64,000 bases of DNA from an uncultured delta proteobacterium (lineage in GTDB: Bacteria > Desulfobacterota > Syntrophobacteria > Syntrophobacterales > Syntrophobacteraceae). The notes beneath the pieces were generated by a model. That model had not been told where the DNA came from. It did no database searches and worked only from the letters and a program-made list of their open reading frames with translations. Within the stretch, counting starts at the first letter, position 1. Each line of letters begins with the position of its first letter. The stretch lies in the NCBI GenBank assembly GCA_963808625.1, contig CAWEHK010000008.1, positions 96,001 to 160,000 of the forward strand, given 5' to 3'. Below are positions 52,635 through 63,412 of this stretch, piece after piece. Position numbers and translations under genes: made by a program.

Positions 52635-53543
52635 TTGCTAAAACGCGAGGCAGGGCTGCTTACGATTATTGCTGGACGAGAGAAACATGCCGATTCGGCA
52701 CGCGACAAGCATATGGCGACAAGTGGAAAGAAGATTGGGCTGTGCGTTTTGGCGACATTGCTAGGCATGAAGCGCTCAGCAAGCATACGCTCGCTTGCGG
52801 CGACCATCACCAAAGGGCTTTGTCTTGGCTTGCTGGTCGTCAGTTTTACCCCCCACCAGGTTGCCGCTTCGGACAATGCTGCGCCATTGTCCAACCCGAG
52901 CCACTCATTGCCTGCCCATGAAGGTGCAACAGCCCTCCTGACGATTCAGACACCACCCGCGGTGGCGCCTCATCCCAGACGGGCGAACTTCGAACGCGAA
53001 CCCAAGTCGCGGAACGCCCAACGTGTGGCAGACTGGGTCGTCGATTCAGGTGACAATGGCGGCATGCCATTCGTGATTGTCGACAAGATGGACGCCAGAG
53101 TCTTTGTATTCGATGCCGATGGGCGAATTCGCGGCGCAGCCCCTGCCCTGCTGGGCCTGGCGCTGGGTGATGACTCCATTCCCGATATCGGCAACCAGAA
53201 GTTGTCGGACATTCGTCCTGAGCAGCGCACCACACCGGCGGGGCGCTTCGTGGCTTCGCTGGGCTACAATTTCAGCGGCAAGGACATCCTCTGGGTCGAC
53301 TACGACCTTGCCCTTTCCCTGCATCGCGTGATTACGTCCAATCCCACGGAGCGCCGCTTGCAGCGCCTGGCCACTGCAACGTCTCGCGACAACCGTATTT
53401 CCTTTGGTTGCATCAATGTTCCGGCGGAGTTCTACGATAACGTCGTGAGCCCTGCTTTTACCGGGACGTATGGCATCGTCTATGTGCTGCCGGAAACCCG
53501 GTCGAACAGCGAAATCTTCGCATCGTATTATGATGTCGAGTAA
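52635..53543 (+). CDS. L,D-transpeptidase-like (YkuD fold) exported protein
   Basis: FVIVDK..ARVFVF, TTPAGRF, and SLHRV...NRISFGCINV with His/Cys. The true start is probably downstream (2 ATG candidates). Confidence 0.7.
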   Translation: MLKREAGLLTIIAGREKHADSARDKHMATSGKKIGLCVLATLLGMKRSASIRSLAATITKGLCLGLLVVSFTPHQVAASDNAAPLSNPSHSLPAHEGATALLTIQTPPAVAPHPRRANFEREPKSRNAQRVADWVVDSGDNGGMPFVIVDKMDARVFVFDADGRIRGAAPALLGLALGDDSIPDIGNQKLSDIRPEQRTTPAGRFVASLGYNFSGKDILWVDYDLALSLHRVITSNPTERRLQRLATATSRDNRISFGCINVPAEFYDNVVSPAFTGTYGIVYVLPETRSNSEIFASYYDVE

Positions 53544-53707
53544 CCTTGGCCATGTCGCACCCGGCCTGCAAGTTTTGACAGCATTCTACTATCAGGAATC
53601 CTCATTGCGATGAATAACGTAACCCCCGTGGCTTAAAAGCAAGCCTGCGATCGGGTTCGACCTCAACGTCCCGCGACTGCTCGTCAGTCCGCATCTTGGC
53701 AGCTGGA

Positions 53708-56026
53708 TTAAAGGCGTGCTGCGAAGAATTTAAACCCGTTTTTGCCGCCCTCCGGGAGTTGCAGGCGTTCCGTGCCTTTACCCCGGGAATCCACCGGCCA
53801 CTGCAGGCCTTCGATGGGGATCTGTTCCGGGGTGACGCCGTTCAGTTCGCTAATGAACCGGGTGGCTTCGACAAAGGCCGCTTCTGGGGATGGCACCTGG
53901 AACTGCGGGCTGAGATACCCGAGCAAGGTGTTGATCACGTCAAAATCGGAAGGAGCTTCCTGCGGCGTGGCAAGGACCTTGTCGAGCCTCTGTAAGCGCC
54001 GTTCACAGTTGGTGGCGGTCCCGGTCTTTTCGACAAAAGTCGCAGCCGGCAGCACCACCTGAGCGTAATCGCAGGCTTTGGTTCGGTTGCAGTGCTGAAC
54101 GATCAAGAGTTCGAGGCGAGCGAGGAGCCCTTCAACCTTGAGCCTGCTCAGGCCCAGTTCAAACGGATCGATGCCTATCAGATAAAGGGCTTTGATCTCG
54201 CCTTTTTCGATCGCGCCAAACATTTCAGGCCAACTCATTCCGGCTTTTTTCGGAAACTCCGTCCCCCAGACCGTTGCCGCCAGTTTTCGGGATGCCGCGG
54301 CGGTTACCGGGCGGTAGCCAGGCAGGTACCCGGGGAGAGCGCCAAAATCAGCAGCCCCCTGGGAGTTGCCCGTCAGGCCCATGGCATTCACCCCGCCTCC
54401 CGGCACACCCACCGCTCCCAGGAGCATCTGCAGCGAGGCGCACATCTTGAAAAAGCCGTCGGACGCCGGCGAGTTTTGAAGATCAACGCCGTAGACCAGA
54501 CAGGCCGGGCGGCGGGAACCATAGAGACGTGCTGCCGACCGGATCTCGTCCTCGGGGAGACCCGTCTTCTCCACGATCTCGGCCATGTTCACTTTCTGCA
54601 GGCTGCGCTCGAGCTTGGCGAAATCCTGGGTGTATTCCTCGATGAATTTCCGGTCGTGGAGCCCTTCATCCACGATCACCTTCATCAGACCAAGGAGCAA
54701 TGCCGCATCGCCGCCTTCCTTGAGGGGCAGGTAGAGGTTCGCGGTCTTGGCCAACAACACGCGCGCCGCATTGGCGACGATCAGCGGAGCGCCGTCCCGC
54801 GCCGCCTTCCTCGCTCGAATGGCGGCGATGGCATGGTTTTCGAGGGTATTCGACCCCAGCGCCAGAATCGAACCTGCCTTGGCAATGTCATCGAGGCTAT
54901 TGGTCATGGCTCCCAGACCGAGGCTGTTCCCGAGCCCCTCGTAAATGGCCTGCTGCCAGGGGCCCCCAACGTTATCGATATGGTTGCTGAAAAGCGCGCA
55001 GCGGGCCAATTTCTGAGCAAGGTAGTATTCCTCGTTGGTGAGCATGCCCCCACAGATTACGGCAATGGCATCACCGCCGGCCTCGTCGCGGATCTTTCTC
55101 AGTGCGGACGCGGCGGTTTCCAGGGCGGTCTCTACGGAACATCCACCCAGTTCTCCCTTGTCGTTTCGGACTGCCGCTTCTTTGAGCCGGTCCGGGGAGT
55201 TGATGAAATCGAAGTTGAAACGGCCTCTTTTGCAGAGGGCCCCCCGGTTGGCCGGCGAACGAAAATCGCCGAGGACCCTGACGATCTTATTCTCGAAGCT
55301 GTCGTACTCCGCCCGGCAGCCGGATGGGCACTGCAAACAGATGGTGGAGGCCCGGTGCAGTTGCCAGGAGCGAGCCTCCCCGCGCCCTTTGCGGAAGCCG
55401 ATGGCATCCACGGGGCAAAAGTCGGCACAGTGGCCGCACATTTCGCAGCCCGCCTCCAGCAAGGGGAGATCGAAAGCCGTCGCAATGCGCTGATCAAATC
55501 CCCGACCGACTTTCGTCCAGATGTCGGCCCCCTGGATGTCGTGGCACGCCCGGATGCACCGCCGGCACAGGATGCACTTGTTCATATCGATGTGGAGGTT
55601 CGGGTTGGGATCGGAATCGACTTCGCGTTGGTGACGGGCACCCGCGTATTTTGTGGCCTTAACGGCGCAGAGGTGGGCCAGGTCCTGAAGTTCACACTCA
55701 CCGGTGGCGTAGCAGGTCATGCAGTCGTTGGGATGGTCGGAAAGCAGCAGGTCCATGATCGTGCGGCGCGCTTCGAGCACCTTCGGCGAATCGGTCTCGA
55801 TCACCATGCCGCTGCGGACCGGATAGACGCAGGCAGCCGCCAGCGACGACCAGTCCCCGCGCACTTCTTCCACCACGCAGATGCGACAGGCCTCTTCCAG
55901 CGGCAACCAGGGATGGTAGCACAGGGTGGGAATGTAGGTCCCGGCCTGCCTGGCGGCTTCCAGGATGGTGGTCCCCTTTTCGACCGTGACTTCCTGACCG
56001 TTGATCTTGAGTGTAACGTTTGCCAT
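53708..56026 (-). CDS. NuoG/FdhA-like Fe-S subunit with molybdopterin-oxidoreductase fold
   Basis: IPTLCYH...CRICVVE, HPNDCMTC...C, CILCRRCIRAC, CEMCGHCADFCP, CLQCPSGC...LCKRG and VLPAATFVEKTGT.N.ERRLQ. No C-terminal molybdopterin dinucleotide-binding domain. Confidence 0.85.
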   Translation of the reverse strand: MANVTLKINGQEVTVEKGTTILEAARQAGTYIPTLCYHPWLPLEEACRICVVEEVRGDWSSLAAACVYPVRSGMVIETDSPKVLEARRTIMDLLLSDHPNDCMTCYATGECELQDLAHLCAVKATKYAGARHQREVDSDPNPNLHIDMNKCILCRRCIRACHDIQGADIWTKVGRGFDQRIATAFDLPLLEAGCEMCGHCADFCPVDAIGFRKGRGEARSWQLHRASTICLQCPSGCRAEYDSFENKIVRVLGDFRSPANRGALCKRGRFNFDFINSPDRLKEAAVRNDKGELGGCSVETALETAASALRKIRDEAGGDAIAVICGGMLTNEEYYLAQKLARCALFSNHIDNVGGPWQQAIYEGLGNSLGLGAMTNSLDDIAKAGSILALGSNTLENHAIAAIRARKAARDGAPLIVANAARVLLAKTANLYLPLKEGGDAALLLGLMKVIVDEGLHDRKFIEEYTQDFAKLERSLQKVNMAEIVEKTGLPEDEIRSAARLYGSRRPACLVYGVDLQNSPASDGFFKMCASLQMLLGAVGVPGGGVNAMGLTGNSQGAADFGALPGYLPGYRPVTAAASRKLAATVWGTEFPKKAGMSWPEMFGAIEKGEIKALYLIGIDPFELGLSRLKVEGLLARLELLIVQHCNRTKACDYAQVVLPAATFVEKTGTATNCERRLQRLDKVLATPQEAPSDFDVINTLLGYLSPQFQVPSPEAAFVEATRFISELNGVTPEQIPIEGLQWPVDSRGKGTERLQLPEGGKNGFKFFAARL

Positions 56027-56041
56027 AGTGAATCTTCCTTT

Positions 56042-56896
56042 TTATTTCCTCTTTCGGCGCTGCCTCAGGGCCAGTTTTCGCTGGTGTTCAACCAGTGCTT
56101 TGCACACCCCGGCAGGGCATTCCCGCCGTTCAATGTGGGCCAGGAATTCATCTTCAAAATAGGTGATGGCGCTGAGGGCCGGACGCGAGCTGTGCATGGC
56201 GAACTCACAGTGAGGGAGAGTGATCATCGTCTGGCACAAAGCGCGAACCTGCTCCAGATCATCCAACTCCCCTTGACCGGCGACAATCCGGTCCATGCTT
56301 TCATACATCCGCTGCATGCCCAACCTGCAGGGAACGCATTTCCCGCAGGAAAGCCCCTTTTCGAAGTCGAGGAAATACTTGGCCACCTCGACCATGCACA
56401 CCTGGTCGTCAATCGCGGCCAGGAATCCGGTATCCCTTTCGTAATAGATATCGCTCCGGTAGGCCCGCTCCGGATTAATGGACAAATAGGGGAACAGGAT
56501 CCGCCCGTGGATGATCGTCTCATGAAGGATATCGGGAACATTTTCCGGGCTCACCCCGAGATAGAAGAACCCCTTCTGAGGAAAACCAAGGAAGGGTCCC
56601 GCCTGGCACCTTTCAGAACAGCCCGCTTTCGCGTTCCCCAAGGTGACCTCGAGTTGCAGCCTCGCAATCCCCTTGAGCAGGGCTTCACGGACGGCCTGGC
56701 AGCCGCATTCACAACCGGGCTTGGGACTGCAGACGGTGATGCAGGGCTTTTTCGACGCCGCGTCGCAGAAGCTTAGGATCTTCTTTTGCGCAGGTGCCTT
56801 CCCCGGACTGTCAAGCGGCGGCTCGGGACTCTTCTTCTCACCGGGAAACCACGGCTTCTTCGGCAATTCTCGCGTCAGGATTTTCAACAATCCCAT
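56042..56896 (-). CDS. Short NuoF-like protein: thioredoxin-like [2Fe-2S] domain plus NuoF C-terminal [4Fe-4S] domain
   Basis: GCSERCQAGP...YLGVSPENVPDI, then SCGKCVPCRLG...C and FEDEFLAHI...CPAGVC. Confidence 0.8.
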   Translation of the reverse strand: MGLLKILTRELPKKPWFPGEKKSPEPPLDSPGKAPAQKKILSFCDAASKKPCITVCSPKPGCECGCQAVREALLKGIARLQLEVTLGNAKAGCSERCQAGPFLGFPQKGFFYLGVSPENVPDILHETIIHGRILFPYLSINPERAYRSDIYYERDTGFLAAIDDQVCMVEVAKYFLDFEKGLSCGKCVPCRLGMQRMYESMDRIVAGQGELDDLEQVRALCQTMITLPHCEFAMHSSRPALSAITYFEDEFLAHIERRECPAGVCKALVEHQRKLALRQRRKRK

Positions 56897-56946
56897 GATA
56901 CCAGCCTTTCAGGTTTATCCTTTTGCACTCACTGCAGCCCCTTTTC

Positions 56947-57008
56947 AACCACGAAGAACACGATAGCAGAAGAAATCACTTCGTGTTCTTCGTGGTAAAA
57001 GAAGGCCT
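56947..57008. repeat. AACCACGAAGAAC...GTTCTTCGTGGT hairpin element, copy 2
   Basis: Matches 31036-31117 and sits inside the nuo operon. Confidence 0.85.
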
Positions 57009-57027
57009 ATCGTTATTGGACGCTTCC

Positions 57028-58449
57028 CTACGGCAAACTCCTTGCTGCAGCTTCGGTCAAAGCCACGAACTGATCGGGAAAGACTCCCAGATACACCATG
57101 GCAAGCACGAGGATGATACTGAGAGTGCGCGTCCAGGAATCCACAACAACCGGGGGATAGGGGTGGACCGGCTCCATGAGGTAAGCGGCCTTGATGACGA
57201 TCAAATAGTAGTAGAGGGAGATGGTCGCGTTGATCATGCCGATGATGACCAGAGCAAGATATCCCTTTTGGAGAGCGGCGGCGAAGACCAGAAATTTTCC
57301 GGTAAAACCGACCGTCGGCGGTATTCCCGCAAGCCCGAAGAGCCCCAGCATGAGGGTCATGGCCAGCAGGGGCGAGCGTTTGTGCAGGCCCGCCAGTTCC
57401 TTGATCTGAACATTGCGTCCATCTTCGGCAATTCTCATGATCACCATAAAACAGGCGTAGGTCATCACCAGGTAAGCGATGGCATAGTAGATGGCGCTGG
57501 CAAAACCACGCTGCGTCATGCTCAGAATGCCGATCATCATGTATCCGGCATGAGCGATACTCGAATAGGCCAGGAGGCGCTTGATGTCCTTTTGAATGAT
57601 GGCGACCAGGTTGCCGAAGGTCATCGAAAGGACGGAAAGGGCGACCAGCAGTTTGATCAGCACGTCGCTCTCGCCTCCTGAAAACCCCACAAACCGAATC
57701 ACCATCGCCGCCGCCGCCATTTTTGAAGCGGTCCCGATGAACGTGGTGACCTGGTTGGCGGCGCCCTGATAAACATCGGGGGCCCAGATGTGAAACGGGA
57801 AGAGGGCCTGCTTGAAAAAGAAACCCGAAAGCGCCAGGATCAGCCCGACAATGGCGGCCGGCTGGGTGATGACCGTGGGGAGCACCCTTACCACATCAAC
57901 GACATAGGTGCTCTTCACCATCCCAAAAAGAAGGCTGATGCCAAAAATCATGAAGGCGGAAGCGGTGACTCCGATCATGAAGTACTTGATACCGGTCTCG
58001 ACGTACTCGACGGCTCGCTGGCGCATGGGAACCAGCAGGTACAGAGAGTAGGAGGACAGCTCGATGGCAACATAGATGGTGAGGAGCTCGACCGCGCTGA
58101 CCAGCATCATCATCGCCAGGGTGCTGACCGACATCAGAAAATAGAATTCGGCATGCTGTTTTTCATCGATGCCTTTCAGCTCACTGCAGGAAAAGATGAC
58201 CCAGAAGGTCCCGAGAGCGAGAAGGATTTTGAAAAGCTGGCTGAAGAGGTCCACCCGGTAGGCATCGAAGAAGAGCATCCCTTCCTGGCGGGCGAAGAGC
58301 ACCGAAACCAGCAGACCCATCCCGGAGAGCGCCAGGGCCCAAATATAAAGGCGTCGCGGGTCGGCTCTATGGGACAGCGAAGCGCCGAAGAAGACGAGCG
58401 CCATCAATGCATAGAAAAGTTCAGGAACAAAAAGGACCCATGTCATCAT
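57028..58449 (-). CDS. nuoN: NADH-quinone oxidoreductase subunit N
   Basis: [43 protein letters not shown] and [14 protein letters not shown]. Confidence 0.92.
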   Translation of the reverse strand: MMTWVLFVPELFYALMALVFFGASLSHRADPRRLYIWALALSGMGLLVSVLFARQEGMLFFDAYRVDLFSQLFKILLALGTFWVIFSCSELKGIDEKQHAEFYFLMSVSTLAMMMLVSAVELLTIYVAIELSSYSLYLLVPMRQRAVEYVETGIKYFMIGVTASAFMIFGISLLFGMVKSTYVVDVVRVLPTVITQPAAIVGLILALSGFFFKQALFPFHIWAPDVYQGAANQVTTFIGTASKMAAAAMVIRFVGFSGGESDVLIKLLVALSVLSMTFGNLVAIIQKDIKRLLAYSSIAHAGYMMIGILSMTQRGFASAIYYAIAYLVMTYACFMVIMRIAEDGRNVQIKELAGLHKRSPLLAMTLMLGLFGLAGIPPTVGFTGKFLVFAAALQKGYLALVIIGMINATISLYYYLIVIKAAYLMEPVHPYPPVVVDSWTRTLSIILVLAMVYLGVFPDQFVALTEAAARSLP

Positions 58450-58468
58450 CGTCGCGTCATCTCCTGAT

Positions 58469-59953
58469 TCAGGCGGTCAGGCTGGCTACAAAGGGAATCA
58501 CGGCGCTCTGGATCACATCCAGCATCACCCTGGGAAACATTCCGAAGAAAAGAATCACACCCACCAGAATGATCCGCGGCGTAGCCAGGAACAGGGGGAC
58601 ATCCGGAATGTGCTCCCACCGCTCGTTCTTTTCGCCGTAAAAAGTCTTCTGCACGACCCGCAGCATGAACAGGGCACTCACAACCAGCCCCATAACCGCC
58701 AGGATGCCCCGCACCGGGTAGGTCTTCACGGCTGAAATGAAGACCAGCAGCTCCGCCCAGAAACTCGCCATGAAGGGAACGCCAATGCCGGCAAACGCGG
58801 CAATGATAAAGAAGGCTGAAGCCACGGGCATGGTTTTGGACAGTCCGCCGAGCTCCGGGATCATCTTGGTGTGGGTCCGGTCGTAAATGTAGCCGACGGC
58901 CGAGAAGAGGAGGGCCGTCATGACGCCATGGGCGAACATCTGAAACACGGCCCCGTTGATGCCGTTAACGGTCATGGTGGAGAGCCCCAGTCCGACAATC
59001 CCCATGTGGGAGACGCTCGAGTAGCCGATGACGTACTTCAGGTCCGTTTGCGCGAGTCCGACGAACGCTCCGTAGACAATGCCAATGGTTGCCAGCAGGG
59101 CCATCAAGTCGGACCAGTACTGGAGCCCTTCCGGACAAAGGGTCATGCCCAGGCGCAGGATCCCGTAGGCTCCCAGCTTCATCAGCACCCCCGCGTGGAT
59201 CATACTCACCGCCGTGGGCGCCGCCACGTGGCCGACCGGGGACCATGTGTGGAACGGCCAGACACCGGCCAGGATCCCGAACCCCAGGTAGAGCATCACG
59301 AAAGCGATCCGCTGGACCTCAGGGGAAAACCCGATCCTTGCAGCTCAAACAGGTCGAAAGTGCTCGTCCGCCCTGGACCCACAGGTAAAAATTGCCGGCA
59401 GGATCAGCGCGCTGCCCGCGAGCAGGTACAGGGTGAGCTTCATGCCGCCGTATTCCTTGCGCGTGCCGCCCCAGATGGCAATGAGCGGGTACATGGGGAA
59501 CAGCGACACGTCGTACCAGACGAAGATCCAGAAGAGGTCCATCGACATGAAGACGCCGTAAACCCCCGCCACCAGCAGAAACATGAAGGCGAAGAATTCT
59601 TTGACCCGGTGTTCCAGCTCCCACATGGTGAGCACGCCGGTAAAGAGCACCACTGAGGTGAGCAGCAGCATCGGGGCGTTGATGCCGTCGAGGGCGTTGA
59701 ACCAGTAAATCCCCAGGCTTTTCACCCAAAGAGAGCGCTCGACAAATTGCAGGCCGCCCTTCTGCGCGTCAAAGGCGCAGTAGACCCAGATGGCCAGGAC
59801 CAACCCAACACCGGCAAACCCGAGACTGACCTGTTTGACCAGTTTGGGGCGGTCATCCGGGATGAAAAGGATGGTCACCAGGCCGAGGATCGTCGACATC
59901 AAGATCGCTGTCAGGAAGGGAAAGTGTGCCATTTCCATCGAAGTCATAAGCAA
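58469..59953 (-). CDS. nuoM: NADH-quinone oxidoreductase subunit M (frameshifts at ~59320-59395)
   Basis: [47 protein letters not shown] and QMFAHG. Confidence 0.9.
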
Positions 59954-60012
59954 GCCCGTCCGCTCTATTTATGTGGTTTTGTTCTTTCTCGACCCTCGTA
60001 ACGCTTCCTTCC

Positions 60013-62009
60013 TCATCTGGTAGGACCCAGTGCCCGCTCGATCCAGCGTATCCTTAGACACAAGAAATAGAGCACCACCAATCCGACTGCCGCAATCATC
60101 ACGAGCAGGTTGTACTGGAGCATTCCGGACTGCAGGAAGCTGAACAGGCGCCCGCTCTCGATGGTAAAATTGCAGATGCCGTCGATGCCGCCGTCGATGA
60201 TGCGCCGGTCGTTTCGCGTGAAGAGACTGGTGAGCCCGAGTAGATCGCGGTATCGAGGAACTTGCGCAGGAAGTCGTCCATGTACCAGCGACTGGCGAAA
60301 AGTTCCTCAACCTTCGGGAGCCACCGCAGGAAGCCCTCCTGCGTGGCCCTCTTTCGCCCAAACTCCATCCACGCCCAGACGATACCGCCAACCGCCATGC
60401 TCACCGCCCAGATCAGCACCATGTAGTGGCCGCGCCGTGACCTTCCGCGCCGCATGGCCGGCACCGCCCTCGGTGGCTAGTGCATGGGCCCCGGCGCAGC
60501 CTTTCCCATCAGGAAGTGCTCGAGAGGCTTTGGGAAAAACCGAGAACCAGCGTCATGCCTGCCAGAATCATCACGGGAACCGCCATGCACCAGAAATCGT
60601 AGCCATGATGCTCGCTTCGTGACTCCCATGGCCGTGTCGTTGGCGTCATGATGCGCGCCATGGGCTTCGATTCCGCCCTTGGGGAAGAGCATGAAGAAAA
60701 TCAGCCGGAAGCTGTAGTACGCGGTCATCAGGGCCCCGAGCAGCCCCGCCAGCAGCCAGATTTTGTTGGGATGCGCGGCCAGCACCCCGAGGATCGCTTC
60801 CTTGCTGAAGAATCCCGAGAAGGGGAAAATCCCGGAGAGCGCCAGGGCGCCGATGGTCATGCAGACCATGGGGATGGCGAGCTTTCGCCCGCCTTGCCTG
60901 CCGATCACCCGGAAGTCGTTGGTGTGGTATTCGTGGATGAAGATGCCGGAGCAGAGGAAGAGCAGGGCCTTGAACCCGGCATGGGTGGTCAGGTGGAAGA
61001 CCCCGGCGAAGTAGCCGCCGGCGGCCAGGGCCATGACCATGAAACCGAGCTGACTGACGGTCGAATAGGCCCAGACCTGTTTCAGATCGTAGGTCGCCAT
61101 GGCCATCGTCGAGGAGAGGAGCATGGTGATCGTCCCGATGGCCAGGGCCATGGCCATGGCTTCCGGCGATGCGGAATAGAAGGGAAAAATGCGGCTGAAC
61201 ATGTACACGCCGGCGGCCACCATGGTCGCCGAATGGAGCAGCGCGCTGACCGGGGTGGGGCCTTCCATGGCGTCGGGCAACCAGGTGAGCAGCGGAAACT
61301 GGGCGCTCTTGCCCATCACGCCGCCGAAAATGAGCAGGGCGGAGAGGGTGAGGAGGTACGGGGAAATGGCATGAGCCTGGGCGGCCTCGTTCATTTTGAG
61401 GATGCTCAGATTGCCGAAGCCGAGCAGCAGAATGATCAGTCCCAGGAAGAAGCCGATATCCCCGAGGCGGGTCATCACGAAGGCTTTCTTGCCCGCCTGC
61501 GAGGCGCTCCATTTTTCGTAGTAGAATCCGATCAGGAGATAGGATGCCAGACCGACCAACTCCCAGAAAATGAAGAGCTGGATCATACTGGGAGAGATCA
61601 CCATGCTCATCATGGCCCAGGCAAACAGCGACTGAAAGGCGTAATACCTGCTGTAGCCGGGATCACCCGCCATGTAGCCCAGCGAGTACACCTGCACGAG
61701 GAAACTGATGGCCGCCACGATGGTGAGCATGAGCAGGCTGAGCGGATCCAGGAGATACCCGAAAGGGATCAACAGCTTGTCGGCCAGCAGCCAGGGGAAC
61801 TGGTACTGCAGCGGGACGCCGGCGTCGTGCAAAGTGAGCAGGAGGTAGAGGGCACAGAGCAGGGAGGTCGTCACCGCCCCGATGGAAATGCCCGCAGAGA
61901 GCCGTTGATGGTGGCGCGTAAAGACCAGGATCGCAGCCATGGAGAGGAAAGGCAGACTGGTCGCCAGGGCTGCTGCCAACAAGACCGGATCTTTGAAGAA
62001 TGCTGTCAT
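60013..62009 (-). CDS. nuoL: NADH-quinone oxidoreductase subunit L (frameshifts in the C-terminal ~600 bp)
   Basis: FWELVGLASYLLIGF, GKSAQFPL.TWLPDAMEGPTPVSALLHSATMV and HAGFKALLFL. The tail (WYMDD...IIDGGIDG...LQSGMLQYNL) is in shifted frames, so the 3' end is approximate. Confidence 0.9.
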
Positions 62010-62015
62010 AAAATG

Positions 62016-62324
62016 CTATCCCCTCAACTGCTGCGCCCGTTCCACGTTGATCGAATGGATCCTGCGGAACAGGGCCAGGATGATGCTCAGGCCGATGGCC
62101 GCTTCCGCCGCCGCCAGGCCCATCACGAACAAGGTGATGATCTGCCCCACCGCCGGTTCCGGCGCAAGGAAGCGATTGAAAGCCATAAAGTTGAGATTGG
62201 CCCCGTTCAGCATCAGTTCGACGGAAATCAGCATGCCGATAAGGTTCCGGCGCTGGAGGACTCCGAGGAGGCCCAGGCTGAACAGCGCCGCCGCGATAAC
62301 CAGATACGTGCCCAGCGAATTCAC
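62016..62324 (-). CDS. nuoK: NADH-quinone oxidoreductase subunit K
   Basis: RRNLIGMLISVELMLNGANLNF and AAAEAAIGLSI. Confidence 0.95.
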   Translation of the reverse strand: MNSLGTYLVIAAALFSLGLLGVLQRRNLIGMLISVELMLNGANLNFMAFNRFLAPEPAVGQIITLFVMGLAAAEAAIGLSIILALFRRIHSINVERAQQLRG

Positions 62325-62836
62325 GAGCTCAACCTCCGCGTGAATCCGGCCGTCACAATCGAGCCGATGATGGCCACCAGCAAGACCAGCGAGATGACTT
62401 CGAACACCAGGTCGTAGCGGGTCAGCAGCAGGTGGCCGATGGTTTCAACCGACCAGTCGGTGCCGCGTTCGGCCGCCGGTGTCCATGCCGTTCGGAAGAC
62501 CACCCCAAGAATTGCCGCGAAGAAAAGGAAACTGGCGCATGCCGCCATGGCCACCTTCGGCACCGCTCTCTTGGGCACCTCCAGATGCAAGGGACGGGAC
62601 AACATGATGGCGAACACGATGGCGATGGTGATCGCTCCCACATAGATCAGCAACTGCATCAGGGCGATGAAGAAGCTTCCGAGGTAGAGGTAGAACCCCC
62701 CCACGCCGGCCAGAGCCAGGGCCAGCCCGAGGACGTTATAGAGAATGTTGCGCGGAAAGACCGCGATGGCCGCGCCCCCAAAGGTGAGGCCGACAAGCAT
62801 CCAAAAGGCCATCTGAGCAAAAGCTTCGGTGTTCAT
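62321..62836 (-). CDS. nuoJ: NADH-quinone oxidoreductase subunit J
   Basis: QLLIYVGAITI and FEVISLVLLVAIIG. Confidence 0.92.
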   Translation of the reverse strand: MNTEAFAQMAFWMLVGLTFGGAAIAVFPRNILYNVLGLALALAGVGGFYLYLGSFFIALMQLLIYVGAITIAIVFAIMLSRPLHLEVPKRAVPKVAMAACASFLFFAAILGVVFRTAWTPAAERGTDWSVETIGHLLLTRYDLVFEVISLVLLVAIIGSIVTAGFTRRLSS

Positions 62837-62843
62837 GAGTAAG

Positions 62844-63284
62844 CTAGGACTCCTTTTCTTCGAGTCTGGCGATGAGGTCGATTACGCCGTCCCACCGGTT
62901 CTCACTCGCCAGTTGGTATTCGGTCGAATATTTCAGGGTCTGCGTGGGACAGATTTCCACACAAAGTCCGCAGAGGCTGCAGCGGGAAAAATCGATAAAA
63001 TAATGCGTGGCCACTTTGTCGCTCTTGGCGCGCGGCTTAATTCCCTGGACCTTGATGACCCCCGAGGGACACTCCCGTTCGCACGCTCCGCAGGCGATGC
63101 AGCTGTGGGTCCCGGTGTCCTCGAAGCGCTTGAGCTCCGTATGACCGCGGTAAGCCGCCGAGAGCGGCAGGTGCCTGCGCGGGTACTGCACCGTAACCAC
63201 CGGGCGCCACAGGCGCTTCACGGTTACTCCCATGCCTTCGATCAGGCTCAAACCCCCGTCTACGATGTCTTTCCAGTAGCCCAT
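62844..63284 (-). CDS. nuoI: NADH-quinone oxidoreductase subunit I
   Basis: VTVQYP, CIACGACERECP and CSLCGLCVEICP. Confidence 0.92.
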   Translation of the reverse strand: MGYWKDIVDGGLSLIEGMGVTVKRLWRPVVTVQYPRRHLPLSAAYRGHTELKRFEDTGTHSCIACGACERECPSGVIKVQGIKPRAKSDKVATHYFIDFSRCSLCGLCVEICPTQTLKYSTEYQLASENRWDGVIDLIARLEEKES

Positions 63285-63412
63285 AAATCCTCTACTTTTG
63301 TTGAACGGACCCGCATGACCCGGGATGGGTCACCGCGGGCCATGAAAATGGCGTCAGCTCCCCAGTTTCGCCTTCTTTCTGTCCACTGACCACCGTTCCC
63401 TGACCACTGCCT

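Noticed and set aside
53708..56026. Formate dehydrogenase alpha subunit with selenocysteine
   Set aside because: There is no in-frame TGA or Cys at the metal-ligand position, and the C-terminal cofactor domain is missing.
54092..56776. 894 aa plus-strand ORF
   Set aside because: It is the antisense shadow of the NuoG-like and NuoF-like genes and has no recognisable motifs.
60648..62417. 589 aa plus-strand ORF and similar long antisense ORFs (8279-9286, 40535-41899, 39367-40107)
   Set aside because: They are antisense to well-supported genes, which is expected in GC-rich coding DNA.
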